64,000 nt of DNA, from the NCBI GenBank assembly GCA_963845245.1, contig CAWJRJ010000020.1, forward strand, positions 64,001 to 128,000. The letters are read 5' to 3'. Positions 9,866 to 22,384 of this stretch are shown in pieces (within the stretch, counting starts at the first letter, position 1; each line of letters begins with the position of its first letter). The position numbers and the translations under genes were made by a program. This DNA comes from Nitrospirota bacterium (lineage in GTDB: Bacteria; Nitrospirota; JACRHJ01). A model generated the notes under the pieces. It was given only the letters and a program-made list of their open reading frames with translations. It had not been told where the DNA came from and did no database searches.

Positions 9866-10935
9866 TTCCAGGTCCTCAACTTCCTGTAAAAACTGTCGCG
9901 CTCTACAGGCTTCTTGCCAGCTTTTTTAATAAGTGCCGCGATCTCTTCAACCGACATGGATTCTTTGGTTTTCCCCCCGGCGGCGTGAGTGATCTTTTCT
10001 TCTATGACCGTGCCGTCCAGATCGTCCGCGCCGAAAAGCAGCGCTGTCTGGGCCAGCTTTTCTCCGGTCATTATCCAGTAGGCTTTTATGTGGTCGAAAT
10101 TGTCCAGATATATCCTTGATATGGCAATAGTCTTTAAAATATCGATCCCGCTGACCGGGTGGCTTTCCGTTATGTCCGTATTCTTTGCATGGAAGGGCAG
10201 GGGGATAAATGCCAAAAACCCACCGGTTTTGTCTTGCAGAGCCCGAAGCCTTCTCAAGTGGTCGACCCTGTCAGAGTAGGACTCGAGGTGGCCGAAGAGC
10301 ATTGTTGCGTTTGTCTTTATCCCGGTTTTGTGCGCCGTTTCCATGATCTGGAGCCAACGTTTTGCGTTTATCTTTTCAGGGCAAAGTCTCGAACGTACCC
10401 CGCTTTTGAATATTTCCGCACCGCCGCCAGGCATCGTGTCAAGTCCGGATGACCTCAATACTTCAAGTACACGTTTAATTGTTAAGCCTGAACTATTTGA
10501 AAGATAGTCTATTTCTACGGCTGTTAGTGCCTTTATCGAAACCGTAGGTACGGCCTGTTTCAATGAGTCGAAAAGCTTCGAGTAGAACGCGAGGTCCATC
10601 TCCGGGTTAAGGCCGCCGACGATGTGAAGTTCACTGACCTTGCCCTCCATATCTTTTGCTTTCTGTACCATTTCATCAATGGTAAATGAATATGCGCCAT
10701 CTTCGCCGGCACTTTTGCTGAAGGCGCAAAATTTACACCTATTAATACATATATTGCCAGGGTTTATGTGCATATTCCTGCTAAAATACTTTATGTTTTT
10801 GTTCTTTTTCTCGCACATGTGATTTGCGAGCTCGCCAAGCGAGAACAAGTCATCGGAGTTAAATAATTCGATGGCCTCTTTGTCTTCGAGCCGGCCTCCA
10901 TTGGCAAGCCTTTTTTTCAGTTCTTTAAAATTCAT
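9862..10935 (-). CDS. mqnE: Aminofutalosine synthase (radical SAM)
   Basis: HINPGNIC..CKFCAF, ELHIVGG, KALTAVEI, HIKAYWIM, GADDLDGTVIEEKITHAAG. Start ATG 10935 or 10950. Confidence 0.92.
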   Translation of the reverse strand: MNFKELKKRLANGGRLEDKEAIELFNSDDLFSLGELANHMCEKKNKNIKYFSRNMHINPGNICINRCKFCAFSKSAGEDGAYSFTIDEMVQKAKDMEGKVSELHIVGGLNPEMDLAFYSKLFDSLKQAVPTVSIKALTAVEIDYLSNSSGLTIKRVLEVLRSSGLDTMPGGGAEIFKSGVRSRLCPEKINAKRWLQIMETAHKTGIKTNATMLFGHLESYSDRVDHLRRLRALQDKTGGFLAFIPLPFHAKNTDITESHPVSGIDILKTIAISRIYLDNFDHIKAYWIMTGEKLAQTALLFGADDLDGTVIEEKITHAAGGKTKESMSVEEIAALIKKAGKKPVERDSFYRKLRTWN

Positions 10936-12178
10936 AGCATGTTTGTCCATCTTTTGAGTATATCGCCTTCCCCTGTACCATGGTGAGCGCAATGTCATCC
11001 TTCTTCGTATTGAGAAGGAGTAGTTGGTATGGGTCTTTATTAGTGACGGCGGGCGTGTCGATAGCTATAATGTCGGCATCCTTGCCGGGTTCCAGGGAGC
11101 CGGTTACTTTCCCAATGCCCAAGGCGTTTGCCCCGTTAATAGTAGCCATCTCAATGACCTTGCGGGCAGGCAGTTTGTTGACTAGGTATGCAAACCGCAT
11201 CTCGTTCCACATGTTCAGGTCAAGGTTGCTGGCCAGGCTATCCGTTCCGATCCCGACATTGATTCCTGCGTCCAGCATCTCACCGACCGGTGCCAGGCCG
11301 GCATTAAGGAAGTGGTTGCTCCTGGGGCAGTGGGCTACTGATGCCCCGGCTGATTTTAGAAGTGCCATGTCCCGTTTATCAACATGTACTGAATGGACGG
11401 CAATACAGTTATTCAGCAGTTTGTGTTTATTGAGAAAAGATACCGACGACCTGCCCCTGTTTGGTTTTAGGGCATCCCAACCAAACTTTTTCATATACCT
11501 GTCAATAGCCGAAGGTTTTCCCTGTATGTAAAGATATTCATCAATAGTTTCAGATATATGAACTGATAAACTTAATCTGTTAGTTGAACTTAAATTAGAT
11601 AACATACTAATAAGCTTAGATGAAACAGAATAGGGAGCGTGTGGAGACAGTCCGGCCATAATGCGGTCCGGTAATGTGTCGAGACCCTTAAGTCTGTCTT
11701 GCAGTAGCTTCATTATAGTATTGGCGTGGCGTTCATCCATGCCAAGTACCTCAAGATAAACCATCGCCCTGATGCCACTTTTAATAAGGTATGGAAGCGA
11801 CGTCTCACGCGATGATGTGTCTGCTATGCATGTCGTGCCTGTTTTTATAGATTCCCGGAGGCCTGCCGCGGCCGATTCAGCGGCGATTGCCGCGTTCTCT
11901 TTTTTTCTTAGTTCCACTAACGTCATAACCCATTCAAAAAAAACAGGTTTTTCTCCGATAAGGTTCTTCAGCCAGGATAATTCCAGGTGGGCATGGAGGT
12001 TTATCAGTCCCGGCATGATCAATCTGTCTTTAAGGTCGACGATACGCTCTTTCGGATATTTTCTCAGTATCGTCTTTTGCGTACCGAGTGCTTCGATTTT
12101 ATTATTCTTTATTAGAAGCGCGCCATTTTCGATGTCCGGAGACGTAATTGGCAGGATCTTTCTGGCAAGGATTATCAT
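10925..12178 (-). CDS. Metal-dependent amidohydrolase, probable aminofutalosine deaminase
   Basis: PGLINLHAHLE, SPHAPYS, HISE, HCPRSN, GTDSLASN; overlaps the mqnE start. Confidence 0.75.
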   Translation of the reverse strand: MIILARKILPITSPDIENGALLIKNNKIEALGTQKTILRKYPKERIVDLKDRLIMPGLINLHAHLELSWLKNLIGEKPVFFEWVMTLVELRKKENAAIAAESAAAGLRESIKTGTTCIADTSSRETSLPYLIKSGIRAMVYLEVLGMDERHANTIMKLLQDRLKGLDTLPDRIMAGLSPHAPYSVSSKLISMLSNLSSTNRLSLSVHISETIDEYLYIQGKPSAIDRYMKKFGWDALKPNRGRSSVSFLNKHKLLNNCIAVHSVHVDKRDMALLKSAGASVAHCPRSNHFLNAGLAPVGEMLDAGINVGIGTDSLASNLDLNMWNEMRFAYLVNKLPARKVIEMATINGANALGIGKVTGSLEPGKDADIIAIDTPAVTNKDPYQLLLLNTKKDDIALTMVQGKAIYSKDGQTCYEF

Positions 12179-12189
12179 TTCTTAGAACA

Positions 12190-12217
12190 ACGTCCTATAA
12201 GATATATTATGTAAACA
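12190..12217. other. dif: dif site (XerC/XerD chromosome dimer resolution)
   Basis: ACGTCCTATAA-GATATA-TTATGTAAACA: 11-6-11 layout, close to B. subtilis dif ACTTCCTAGAA-TATATA-TTATGTAAACT; intergenic; near the gene-orientation switch. Confidence 0.88.
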
Positions 12218-12222
12218 CGTGG

Positions 12223-13413
12223 CTATGGATTGCTCGATATGTCGTCTTGGGTGTTCAGGGTTTTGTCTGGTCCGGCGCTAACTATAGATAACTCGCCATT
12301 TCCTGTGGAAGGGACGGTCGAATAAGATTGCCCCCATGGGTCGGCCAAAACACCTGTAGAAGAAATGTATTCAAGCTTGTTAAGGTCGGACAGCGTAGTA
12401 GGGTACCCACCTGAATCCAGATAATAAAGAGACAGGTTTTCTTCCAGCATCTTAACCTGTGAAAGGGCATAGGACTCCTTTAAGTCCTCGAAACCTGTTT
12501 GTCTTGGGTTCATTATTTTCCTGGTGCCGGTTACCTGAACAAAAAATACTGCTAATGCCAGGACTATGGCAATATATGAAAACCGTGCAACATTTAATGG
12601 TATTGTGAATTTTTTCTCTGTCGGGACAGTAATATCTCCAACCAGGGTATCTCTTTTGTGACTAATGCCTTTAAAAATGTATTCTTTGTCGATAAGTTCC
12701 ACAAGCGCTTTGCATGTGTCAAATTCACCCAGGCCGGAATACTCTATAACTTCATACGCGCTTCGTTTACCATCAATGAGTTTTAAGACCTTGATGGAAT
12801 CTTTCGATAAAGTGTCTTTGCTTTTCTCGAACCCTCCGAATATGTCATCACCCGCAAGTTCCTCTTCGTTGATAACATCCTGTTTGGCTGTAAGTATCGT
12901 ATCGCTGTCGGGAAGGCTTCGCTCTATAATAGGCCACTCGTCGAGCATCCGGATTCCGTCCATCAGAATATGTTCTGAGCTTATTGGAACAACCGTGTCT
13001 CGGTCATAGTCGACCTTGTCCTGATAAAATTTGTAATCTCCACCCTTCCATCTGAATACCTTGTAGATTGTCTCGCTCATCTGAAACGATAAGGTTTCTC
13101 GCAGGTCGTCCTTGGTGATAAGTCCTTGACCGACAAGTATGTGGCCAATTTTCTGCATTGTGTTTTTTTGGATTTCAAGGGCTTCAATCACTTGGCTTTC
13201 AGTTATTTTTCCACGACTTACAAGTATCCTGCCGAAAAGGTACTTAGGCCTCTTCTGGCTGTCCTCGGTCTTGACTACCATCCCATCTTCAAAATGGATA
13301 TTGATGGTGTTATCAATTCCCTTCAGGAACAGTATGCCTGTTTTCTTTTGTAAGCCAATGAGTTGGAATATATCAGCTAAACCAAACTCTTTGATTGTAC
13401 CTTCTAATGCCAT
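12223..13413 (-). CDS. DUF4388 (PatA_N-like) domain membrane protein with C-terminal GspG/pseudopilin-like domain
   Basis: MALEGTIKEFGLADIFQLI..KTG.L; MshEN-like GRILV/GHILV repeats; one TM helix; then Y.LD.G.YP..L..DPWG..Y..SAGPD. Confidence 0.72.
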   Translation of the reverse strand: MALEGTIKEFGLADIFQLIGLQKKTGILFLKGIDNTINIHFEDGMVVKTEDSQKRPKYLFGRILVSRGKITESQVIEALEIQKNTMQKIGHILVGQGLITKDDLRETLSFQMSETIYKVFRWKGGDYKFYQDKVDYDRDTVVPISSEHILMDGIRMLDEWPIIERSLPDSDTILTAKQDVINEEELAGDDIFGGFEKSKDTLSKDSIKVLKLIDGKRSAYEVIEYSGLGEFDTCKALVELIDKEYIFKGISHKRDTLVGDITVPTEKKFTIPLNVARFSYIAIVLALAVFFVQVTGTRKIMNPRQTGFEDLKESYALSQVKMLEENLSLYYLDSGGYPTTLSDLNKLEYISSTGVLADPWGQSYSTVPSTGNGELSIVSAGPDKTLNTQDDISSNP

Positions 13414-13422
13414 AATTTATCT

Positions 13423-15291
13423 CTATTTTGTAATCCTGTGGGTATCCAACTGCGCAACTATATAGAAAAAGAACAGCAACAGCCCCATCAAAATAAGGTC
13501 AGGCTGTAAAAATGGCAGCCTGAAATCATAAGGCACTTCGAAGAATTGCCCGAAGAAGATGTCTTTTATCATGAAAATGAAAACTCCAGCAAATAGAAAG
13601 CCCCTCAAAGGGTGGCCCATGAGAAAATGACCGCTGCCAGGCAATATCAGTGCCGAGATTCTAAAGACGAGGCCGGATTTTTGGTGGTTTTCCCTGATTT
13701 CCAACATCTTCCTCACTCGGTCCTTTGCCTCAACCCCCTCCAGCTTTACAAAAATCTGATGACACTGAGGGCAGAGTTCCTTGCTATAGAAGGGTTTCTG
13801 GCATTTTCTGCAACTCACCTTGCCGCATTTATTGCAGTAGTGGGAGTTGACCCTTTTTTTCCTGAAGGCATTGAAGCTTAATGCCAGGACGATAAAAGAT
13901 ATGCCGGCAAGCCTGGTCCCACGCAGAGGGAGAACCTTTACGGAAGTATCCCAGAACGATGCCGCAAGGATATCGTTTTTGGATGAGAAAGCCATTCGCC
14001 AAAGGGCTTCTGACGGCAAGGGCTCGTCAAAAACCATGCGTCCTGGTGTTGAACCTTCAAGGTCTCTTATCTTAGCCACCGCTACTGGGTCCAGTTCCCT
14101 GGCAGCCAGGTCCGCATGTTCCCTTTCGGTAAACATAAGGCTTTCGCCGTACACCTGGCTCAGGTTAAAGTAGGGCAGGACCCTTTTAGAATCAAACTGG
14201 ATCGCCGTGTTAAAATCTTTGATCGCTTCTTCCTTATTACCGGCCAGAAAATGCACATTACCCAGATTGTTCCAGTAGATGGCCGATTGAGGACGGATTT
14301 CAATAAGTTTTTCGTAGGTTACAGCAGATTCATTGAAGAGCCCTGATTTTCTTTGAAACTGTGCAAGGGACATCAGTGCCGTCTCATTAGCCGGATTTGA
14401 TTCTATATATGACTCAAGGTATTCCTTTGTCCCGTCCTTTATCTGGCCCTTGTTTACCTCGTCCATCACCCATATAAGCCTGTTCCCGCTTCCATCAAGG
14501 AAACCGGCTAAATAGGACATGACATCAGGCATGAATATTAGTAGTATGAAGAATGTTATGGAGAGGAACTTCTCTTTCTTGTTGAAATAAACCCATAAAG
14601 CGAGGAATGAGATCGTAACCGCCCACCAGTAGCCAAGCGCTATCAAGATTATCAGGAAAAAGGCCGGTATAATAAAATGCTTGAGTAGTTCCTCTAAGTG
14701 CGGTTTTTTTAACGATTCCGAAATATCGTGGGCAAGTAGCGACGTATACCTTATGACCATGAAAAGCCCGAACAAGGAAAACAACACTGCAAGCGTAAAC
14801 AACGCACTTGTGAATTTGTTGCCCGCATAAAAGAAGACCCACCAGAAGTCGTTTACGGAGTTACGAAACCCTTCAATAAACGAGTCGATAAATACAAGAG
14901 CCTTAAGCTTGTCTTGCGATAAATATGCCCACCCGCGGGCATAATATGGTGGAGGATAATTGGGAGATATCTGTATAGCGGCGTCAAAAAGAAGCAGCGC
15001 GCCTTTAACATCTTTCGCCTGAAGCAGGAATTTGCCCTGTTTTACCATTGAGGCGGAGAGCTCCTCGAAAGAGGTGATGCCCCGGTCAAGGCACATGCCC
15101 TCTATTTCTTTGAGGCCGGCCCCGGCGCGGTCGAAGTCGTGAGCGGAGATATCTTTTTTTACAGCCGCCCACTTAGGGTAGATATCCTTGATGTTTGAAA
15201 CGGACTTGTCGCCCGGCTGTGCCAGTGCAAGCGACACGCCCGACGAAAGGCAAATGGAAATGGCAACAATCAGAATTATTATTCTTTTCAT
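13423..15291 (-). CDS. Multi-pass membrane protein with TPR repeats and a Cys-rich Zn-finger
   Basis: Signal peptide, TPR motifs (YYARGWAY, WNNLGNVHF, YFNLSQVY), several TM helices, CNKCGKVSCRKC..CPQC, LILPGSGHF. Confidence 0.7.
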   Translation of the reverse strand: MKRIIILIVAISICLSSGVSLALAQPGDKSVSNIKDIYPKWAAVKKDISAHDFDRAGAGLKEIEGMCLDRGITSFEELSASMVKQGKFLLQAKDVKGALLLFDAAIQISPNYPPPYYARGWAYLSQDKLKALVFIDSFIEGFRNSVNDFWWVFFYAGNKFTSALFTLAVLFSLFGLFMVIRYTSLLAHDISESLKKPHLEELLKHFIIPAFFLIILIALGYWWAVTISFLALWVYFNKKEKFLSITFFILLIFMPDVMSYLAGFLDGSGNRLIWVMDEVNKGQIKDGTKEYLESYIESNPANETALMSLAQFQRKSGLFNESAVTYEKLIEIRPQSAIYWNNLGNVHFLAGNKEEAIKDFNTAIQFDSKRVLPYFNLSQVYGESLMFTEREHADLAARELDPVAVAKIRDLEGSTPGRMVFDEPLPSEALWRMAFSSKNDILAASFWDTSVKVLPLRGTRLAGISFIVLALSFNAFRKKRVNSHYCNKCGKVSCRKCQKPFYSKELCPQCHQIFVKLEGVEAKDRVRKMLEIRENHQKSGLVFRISALILPGSGHFLMGHPLRGFLFAGVFIFMIKDIFFGQFFEVPYDFRLPFLQPDLILMGLLLFFFYIVAQLDTHRITK

Positions 15292-15305
15292 AGGTCTGGT
15301 AACCT

Positions 15306-15896
15306 TTATTGCCTGTTTTTTTGCCCTATCCTAGATTCCTCACCCTTGAGAAGCCTTCCGATATTCTCCATGTGTTTGAAGAATATGAGGCAGGTGAGGA
15401 ATACGGTCAACGTCAAAAGCGGTCTGCCGCTTTGTTTGTCCAAGAGGACCATAAAAGGAACTGCGGCAAAGCTTGCCAGAGCTCCAAGAGACGATATCCT
15501 GAATATGGCGACTGTCACCAGCCATATAGCGAGCGCAGCCAGAGTAAGAAGTGGCTCAAGTGCCAGCAGTACGCCAAAACTTGTAGCGACCCCCTTGCCC
15601 CCCTTGAAACCGGTAAAAACGGTGAAGTCGTGCCCGATTACCGCAGCGGCCGCAGCAATAAGCGCAGTTTCATATCCCCCGAACCGCAGCGCAAGGTAGA
15701 CCGCAACGGAACCCTTCAGCATATCTCCAAGGAGGGTGATGACACCCGCTTTCCTGCCCATCACCCTGAGGGCGTTTGTAGCCCCTATATTGCCGCTCCC
15801 CTGCTCTCGCAGGTTTACATTGTAAAAGCGCGCGACTATAACCCCGAAGGGGATGCTGCCGATCAAGTATGCGGCGGCAACCAGTACCCACCGCAT
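15306..15896 (-). CDS. plsY: Glycerol-3-phosphate acyltransferase
   Basis: YLIGSIPFG, GSGNIGATN, GH..F.GGKGVAT, H..NI.RL..G.E. Confidence 0.95.
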   Translation of the reverse strand: MRWVLVAAAYLIGSIPFGVIVARFYNVNLREQGSGNIGATNALRVMGRKAGVITLLGDMLKGSVAVYLALRFGGYETALIAAAAAVIGHDFTVFTGFKGGKGVATSFGVLLALEPLLTLAALAIWLVTVAIFRISSLGALASFAAVPFMVLLDKQSGRPLLTLTVFLTCLIFFKHMENIGRLLKGEESRIGQKNRQ

Positions 15897-16472
15897 TTAA
15901 TTGTCTCCTCTAAGCCCTATCTTGTCCCAGAAATTAATGAAATACTGGGCTCCGGAAAGGACCGCAAGCACCATGGCAATCCAGATTGCAACGGTCCCGA
16001 CCAAATATGGGTCAAGAAAACTTACCCTCATGCTCAAATCCAGAAGTAGCGCTATTATAGCTACAGCCTGGAAGAACATCTTAAGCTTGCCGCCATCGTA
16101 GGCCGGTATGATATGGCCCTCTGAAGCCGCCGCTGCCCGGAGCCCTGTTACCGCGAACTCCCTGCCTATTATGACTATAGCAAGCCACCCTGATAACTGG
16201 TTCAGCGCTACTAGCAGTATCAGGGCTGAAGATGTAAGCAGTTTGTCGGCAATCGGGTCAAAGAGCTTTCCCGCTTTTGTGATCTGACCAGTCTTTCTTG
16301 CTATATAGCCGTCCAGCCAGTCCGTGATCGATGCTATAAAAAATATTATAGTAGCCAGGAGGGCCCGGTCCTCCAAAGGCATCCCAAAAGGGGAAAAACC
16401 CGAGGAGAGGAAAAAAATAAAGACGGGTATCAGTAAAACCCTGGCAAACGTTAGGGTGTTCGGAAGGTTCAA
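15897..16472 (-). CDS. pgsA: CDP-diacylglycerol--glycerol-3-phosphate 3-phosphatidyltransferase
   Basis: NLPNTLTFAR, TDWLDGYIAR, GKLFDPIADK, RE..VTGLR; TTG start after GGAGAG. Confidence 0.93.
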   Translation of the reverse strand: MNLPNTLTFARVLLIPVFIFFLSSGFSPFGMPLEDRALLATIIFFIASITDWLDGYIARKTGQITKAGKLFDPIADKLLTSSALILLVALNQLSGWLAIVIIGREFAVTGLRAAAASEGHIIPAYDGGKLKMFFQAVAIIALLLDLSMRVSFLDPYLVGTVAIWIAMVLAVLSGAQYFINFWDKIGLRGDN

Positions 16473-16542
16473 AAGGGCTCTCCACGGGCAAATTTTCAAA
16501 GGTCCAAGCCTGTAAGATTTTACAGTATAACACTTGGAAATA

Positions 16543-17080
16543 TCAACTAAAATATTTCGCTGTGACGGCCTCCCAGTCGCCCCTGGCCTGAAGCAGCATG
16601 TCAATGACCTCTCTGACCGCCCCCTCGCCCCCATTTCGCGTAGTTATACAGTGGGCGGCATCACGTACGTAGGGCTCGGCATTGGCAACGGCAAAAGAAA
16701 GGCCTACACGCGACATTACGGGTATGTCTACGATGTCGTCCCCGACGTAGGCAGACTCTTCTTCCGTAAGGTTAAGCCTGGCGAGTATCTGCCGGTATGC
16801 CGGTACTTTTTCAAGCGCTCCCTGATATACCTCGTTTATACCGAGTTCTTTTGCCCGTATATCCACGACATCCGACTTGCGCCCGGTTATTATTGCTATG
16901 GTCAACCCTGCCCTCTTGTGCCATCTTGATGCCGTGCCCGTCCCGCACATGGAATGCCTTGATCTCGTTCCTGTTGCTGTCCCATATTATCTGGCCGTTG
17001 GTCATGACACCGTCAACGTCGAGGATAAGCAGTTTTATCTTCTTGGCGCGGGCCAGGAATTCCGATTCGTTCAATACCAA
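16543..17080 (-). CDS. kdsC: Kdo 8-phosphate phosphatase; frameshift at ~16920
   Basis: LDVDGVMTNG and F.VRDG.GI in ORF 16811..17080; IITGR, YVGDDIVD, GGEGAVRE in ORF 16543..16950. Confidence 0.9.
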
Positions 17081-17096
17081 AATCCGTTCCCCTTTC

Positions 17097-18054
17097 TCAT
17101 ACTACTCCGGCCTTCAGGAGGTCGTGCAGGTGCGTTATCCCGGCCGGCCTCCCCTCGCCGTCCACGGAGACGAGCGAGGTTATGGTGTGTTTCTCCATTA
17201 CGGCCACCGCCTCTGCGGCGAGGGCGTCCTTCGATATCATCTTTGGATTTCTGCTTGCAAGCTCTCCGGCAGTCTTGTCGAAGAGGTCCACAGACTTCTC
17301 CAGATACCTCCTGAGGTCGCCGTCGGTTATGACGCCGACAAGCTTTCCGTCAGCGTCCACGACTGTCGTCATGCCCATCTTCTTCGACGTTATCTCAAAA
17401 AGCGCCTCGCGCATCCCGACGGACTCCTTCACAACCGGCAATAGCATCCCCGGTGTGCATCAGGTCTTCCACACGAAGCAGCAGCCTCTTGCCAAGGCTC
17501 CCGCCTGGGTGGAAGCAGGCGAAGTCCTCTTCCTTGAAGCCGCGTTTGTCGAGGAGCGTAATGGCAATCGCGTCGCCCATTGCAAGAGTCGCGGTTGTGG
17601 ATGCGGTCGGGACCAGCCCCATCGGACAGGCCTCTTCCTTAACGCCTACGTCTATCGTCGCGTCGGACGCCTTCGCAAGGGACGAGTTCATCCCGCCGGT
17701 CATGGCTATTACCGGGACGGCCAGCCTTTTAAATACCGGCAGGAGCTTTACAATCTCCTCCGTCTCGCCGGAGTTCGATATCGCGATTATCACGTCGCCC
17801 TTGGTCACCATCCCGAGGTCGCCGTGTATGCCCTCGGCGGGGTGCAGGAAAAGCGCGGGCGTGCCGGTGGAGGCAAGCGTCGCGGCGATCTTCTTGCCGA
17901 TAAGCCCGGACTTGCCCATGCCTGTCACGACTACGCGGCCCTTGCAGGCGAGGATGATATTAACAGCATTCTCGAAGCTGCCGTCTATCTTGTCGATGAG
18001 GGCAAGGATTGCCTCGGCCTCTATGCGTAATACGTTTTTTGCGTTGTTCAGCAT
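17097..18054 (-). CDS. kdsD: Arabinose-5-phosphate isomerase (KpsF/GutQ); frameshift at ~17445
   Basis: SIS domain GMGKSG, ASTGTP, HGDLG, PTASTT, HPGG; CBS pair in ORF 17097..17447. Confidence 0.92.
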
Positions 18055-18055
18055 C

Positions 18056-18877
18056 CTATCCTCTCAACGCCCCGTCAACCGCAAGTACCTGCTCCATTAT
18101 AGAGACCATCTCAGGCACCGTGACCATGTTCGGCCCGTCGCAGAGCGCCTCGTCCGGGCAAGGGTGGACTTCCATGAATATGCCGTCTATGCCGACCGCC
18201 GCCGCCGCGCGCGCAAGGGGCGCGACGAACTGTCTCTGGCCGGAGCTTGACGTGCCCGCCCCGCCGGGGAGCTGCACGCTGTGCGTCGCGTCGAAGACTA
18301 TCGGGTAGCCCATCGGGCGCATTATGGAGAGCGAGCGGAAGTCCACCACGAGGTTGTTGTACCCGAAGGACACGCCGCGTTCGGTCAGGATCAGATCCTC
18401 CGAGCCAGCCTCTTTGAACTTGGTGATTATGTTCTTCACGTCCGCCGGGGCCATGAACTGGCCCTTCTTCACGTTCACGGGCAGGCCGCACTTGGCAGCC
18501 TTCTGCAACAGGTCGGTCTGGCGGCAGAGGAACGCCGGTATCTGTATGACGTCCAGTACCTCGGAGGCCGGGTCTATCTGTTCAATGCTGTGGATGTCGG
18601 AGATTACCGGGACGCCGAACGTCTTTTTTATCCTCGCAAGTATCCTGAGACCTTCTTCAAGCCCCGGCCCGCGGAACGATGCGCCGGAGCTTCGGTTCGC
18701 CTTATCGTATGACGACTTGAAGATAAAAGGCACCTTCAGCTTCGAAGCCGCCTCGACAATCAACTCGGCGGCGGCCATCGCCTTGTCTTCGGACTCTATG
18801 ACGCACGGCCCGGCGATGAGGACTATCGGGTTGCCCCCGCCGATCTTAACAGACTGAATTGGAATTTCTCTTGTCAT
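18056..18877 (-). CDS. kdsA: Kdo 8-phosphate synthase
   Basis: [46 protein letters not shown]. Confidence 0.96.
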   Translation of the reverse strand: MTREIPIQSVKIGGGNPIVLIAGPCVIESEDKAMAAAELIVEAASKLKVPFIFKSSYDKANRSSGASFRGPGLEEGLRILARIKKTFGVPVISDIHSIEQIDPASEVLDVIQIPAFLCRQTDLLQKAAKCGLPVNVKKGQFMAPADVKNIITKFKEAGSEDLILTERGVSFGYNNLVVDFRSLSIMRPMGYPIVFDATHSVQLPGGAGTSSSGQRQFVAPLARAAAAVGIDGIFMEVHPCPDEALCDGPNMVTVPEMVSIMEQVLAVDGALRG

Positions 18878-18935
18878 TCTTTTCCTTCAGTGTCGGCCCT
18901 TCCTGGGCACGGAAGGCGGCACAGGAGGTGAGGGC

Positions 18936-20584
<1,649 letters not shown>

Positions 20585-21331
20585 CTATCTCTCCTTTTGG
20601 ATAAGCCTGATAACCCTATCTAAATCCTCCGGGGTGTCCACCCCGATGGACTCCAGTTCTGTAATGACTACCTTGATCCTCTCGCCGTGGCCCAGTGCGC
20701 GGAGCTGTTCCAGCTTCTCCGTCTGTTCGAGGGCCGTCGGAGGGATTTTAGCATATTTCAACAGGAAATCTCTACGATATACGTAAAGTCCGATGTGTTT
20801 GAGGCAGTTTCCGCCAATAATCGACCCATTCGTCCAGATATCCCTGTGGAACGGTATGGGCGCACGGGAGAAATACAGGGCATACCCACCCTCGTCCAGC
20901 ACCACCTTTACCACGGAAGGGTCGGCTATCTCATCCGACGACGTTATTTCCCTGGCCGCCGTCGCCATGTTAAGCGATGGCTCTGCCAGCAAAGGCTCCA
21001 CAGCCGCATCGATAAGCTCAGGCGGTATAAGCGGCTCGTCTCCCTGGACGTTGACGTATATGTCGGCTTGTATCTTTCCGGCTGCCTCGGCGAGCCTGTC
21101 CGTGCCGGAGGGGTGGTCGGGGCTTGTCATCATGACGTTCCCGCCAAACTCTTGGACGGCGTCATATACCCGCTGGTCGTCAGTGGCCACCCAGACTTCG
21201 TCCACAAGACGGGCCATCTTCGCGCGTTCGTAGACCCGCCAGACCATCGGTTTCCCGTCAATGTCGGCGAGCGGCTTGCCCGGGAGCCTTGTGGACGCGT
21301 ATCTGGCCGGTATTATGGCGGCTACTCTCAA
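20585..21331 (-). CDS. kdsB: CMP-Kdo synthetase
   Basis: [44 protein letters not shown] start overlaps the upstream TGA. Confidence 0.95.
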   Translation of the reverse strand: MRVAAIIPARYASTRLPGKPLADIDGKPMVWRVYERAKMARLVDEVWVATDDQRVYDAVQEFGGNVMMTSPDHPSGTDRLAEAAGKIQADIYVNVQGDEPLIPPELIDAAVEPLLAEPSLNMATAAREITSSDEIADPSVVKVVLDEGGYALYFSRAPIPFHRDIWTNGSIIGGNCLKHIGLYVYRRDFLLKYAKIPPTALEQTEKLEQLRALGHGERIKVVITELESIGVDTPEDLDRVIRLIQKER

Positions 21332-22284
21332 AGGTACTCTTTGTTCTCCTTGTACCACTCCACGAACTTCCTGACCCCTTCGACAGCCTTTGTCTGGGGG
21401 TTATATCCGAGGACTCTTTTGGCTTTGGTGATGTCCGCATAGGTGATCGGCACGTCGCCTGGCTGGTCGGGATGATTCTCGATTACAGCGCTTTTGCCGA
21501 GATATTTCTCTATAAGGCCGATCAGTTCCCTCAGTTCGGTGGTCTGGGACTCCCCTATATTAAAGATATCGTAAGGCGCGTTGTAGTCGATTGCGTTTAT
21601 GACGCCGCTCACTATGTCGTCTATATAGGTATAGTCCCTCTTCGAGAGGCCGTCCCCGAACATCGGCACCGGTTTGCCCTGGTCGATAAGCCTGGTGAAC
21701 TTGTGGATGGCCATCTCAGGGCGCTGCCTCGGGCCATATACCGTGAAGAAGCGCAGGCAGGTGATGTTGAGTTTAAATAAGGCATGATATGTGTAGCAGA
21801 TAAGCTCGCAGGCCTTCTTTGTGGCCGCATAGGGTGAGATCGGGAAATCGACGTTGTCGGTCTCGGAGAACGGCACCTTCTCGTTCTTGCCGTACACGGA
21901 TGAAGACGATGCGAAGATGAAGCCTTTTATATTGTGGTCTCTCGACATCTCAAGAAGGTTCATCGTGCCCTTGATGTTGACGTCCTCGTACAGCATCGGG
22001 TCGACGATCGACGGCCTCACCCCCGCCCTGGCGGCCGGGTGGAATATCATGTCGAAGCCTTCTCTTGTAAAGAGCTCTTTCAGAAGGCCAATGTCGCGGA
22101 TGTCGCCCTCGACCAGCTTGAAGCCGGGGTTCTTGAGGGCCTTGGCAATGTTCCTCTTCTTTATCTCGGGCTTGTAAAAATCGTCGAAATTGTCCAGACA
22201 GACAACCTCGTCTCCCCGCTCCAAGAGCCTGTCTGTCACACTCGAACCAATAAAGCCCGCCCCGCCGGTAACCAGAATCTTCAT
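21328..22284 (-). CDS. NAD-dependent nucleotide-sugar epimerase (UDP-glucuronate 4-epimerase-like)
   Basis: [40 protein letters not shown]. Confidence 0.85.
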   Translation of the reverse strand: MKILVTGGAGFIGSSVTDRLLERGDEVVCLDNFDDFYKPEIKKRNIAKALKNPGFKLVEGDIRDIGLLKELFTREGFDMIFHPAARAGVRPSIVDPMLYEDVNIKGTMNLLEMSRDHNIKGFIFASSSSVYGKNEKVPFSETDNVDFPISPYAATKKACELICYTYHALFKLNITCLRFFTVYGPRQRPEMAIHKFTRLIDQGKPVPMFGDGLSKRDYTYIDDIVSGVINAIDYNAPYDIFNIGESQTTELRELIGLIEKYLGKSAVIENHPDQPGDVPITYADITKAKRVLGYNPQTKAVEGVRKFVEWYKENKEYL

Positions 22285-22384
22285 TTCATTAAGTCCTCAT
22301 AAATTATATTTCGGTTAACTTCTTTAATGCCATCTATTTGAAAATGTGAAGCTAAAAGCAAGAATTTTACTGCTTATAACAAAT

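Noticed and set aside
18888..18925. Imperfect hairpin between pyrG and kdsA as an ncRNA or REP element
   Set aside because: Short and mismatched, and I found no second copy.
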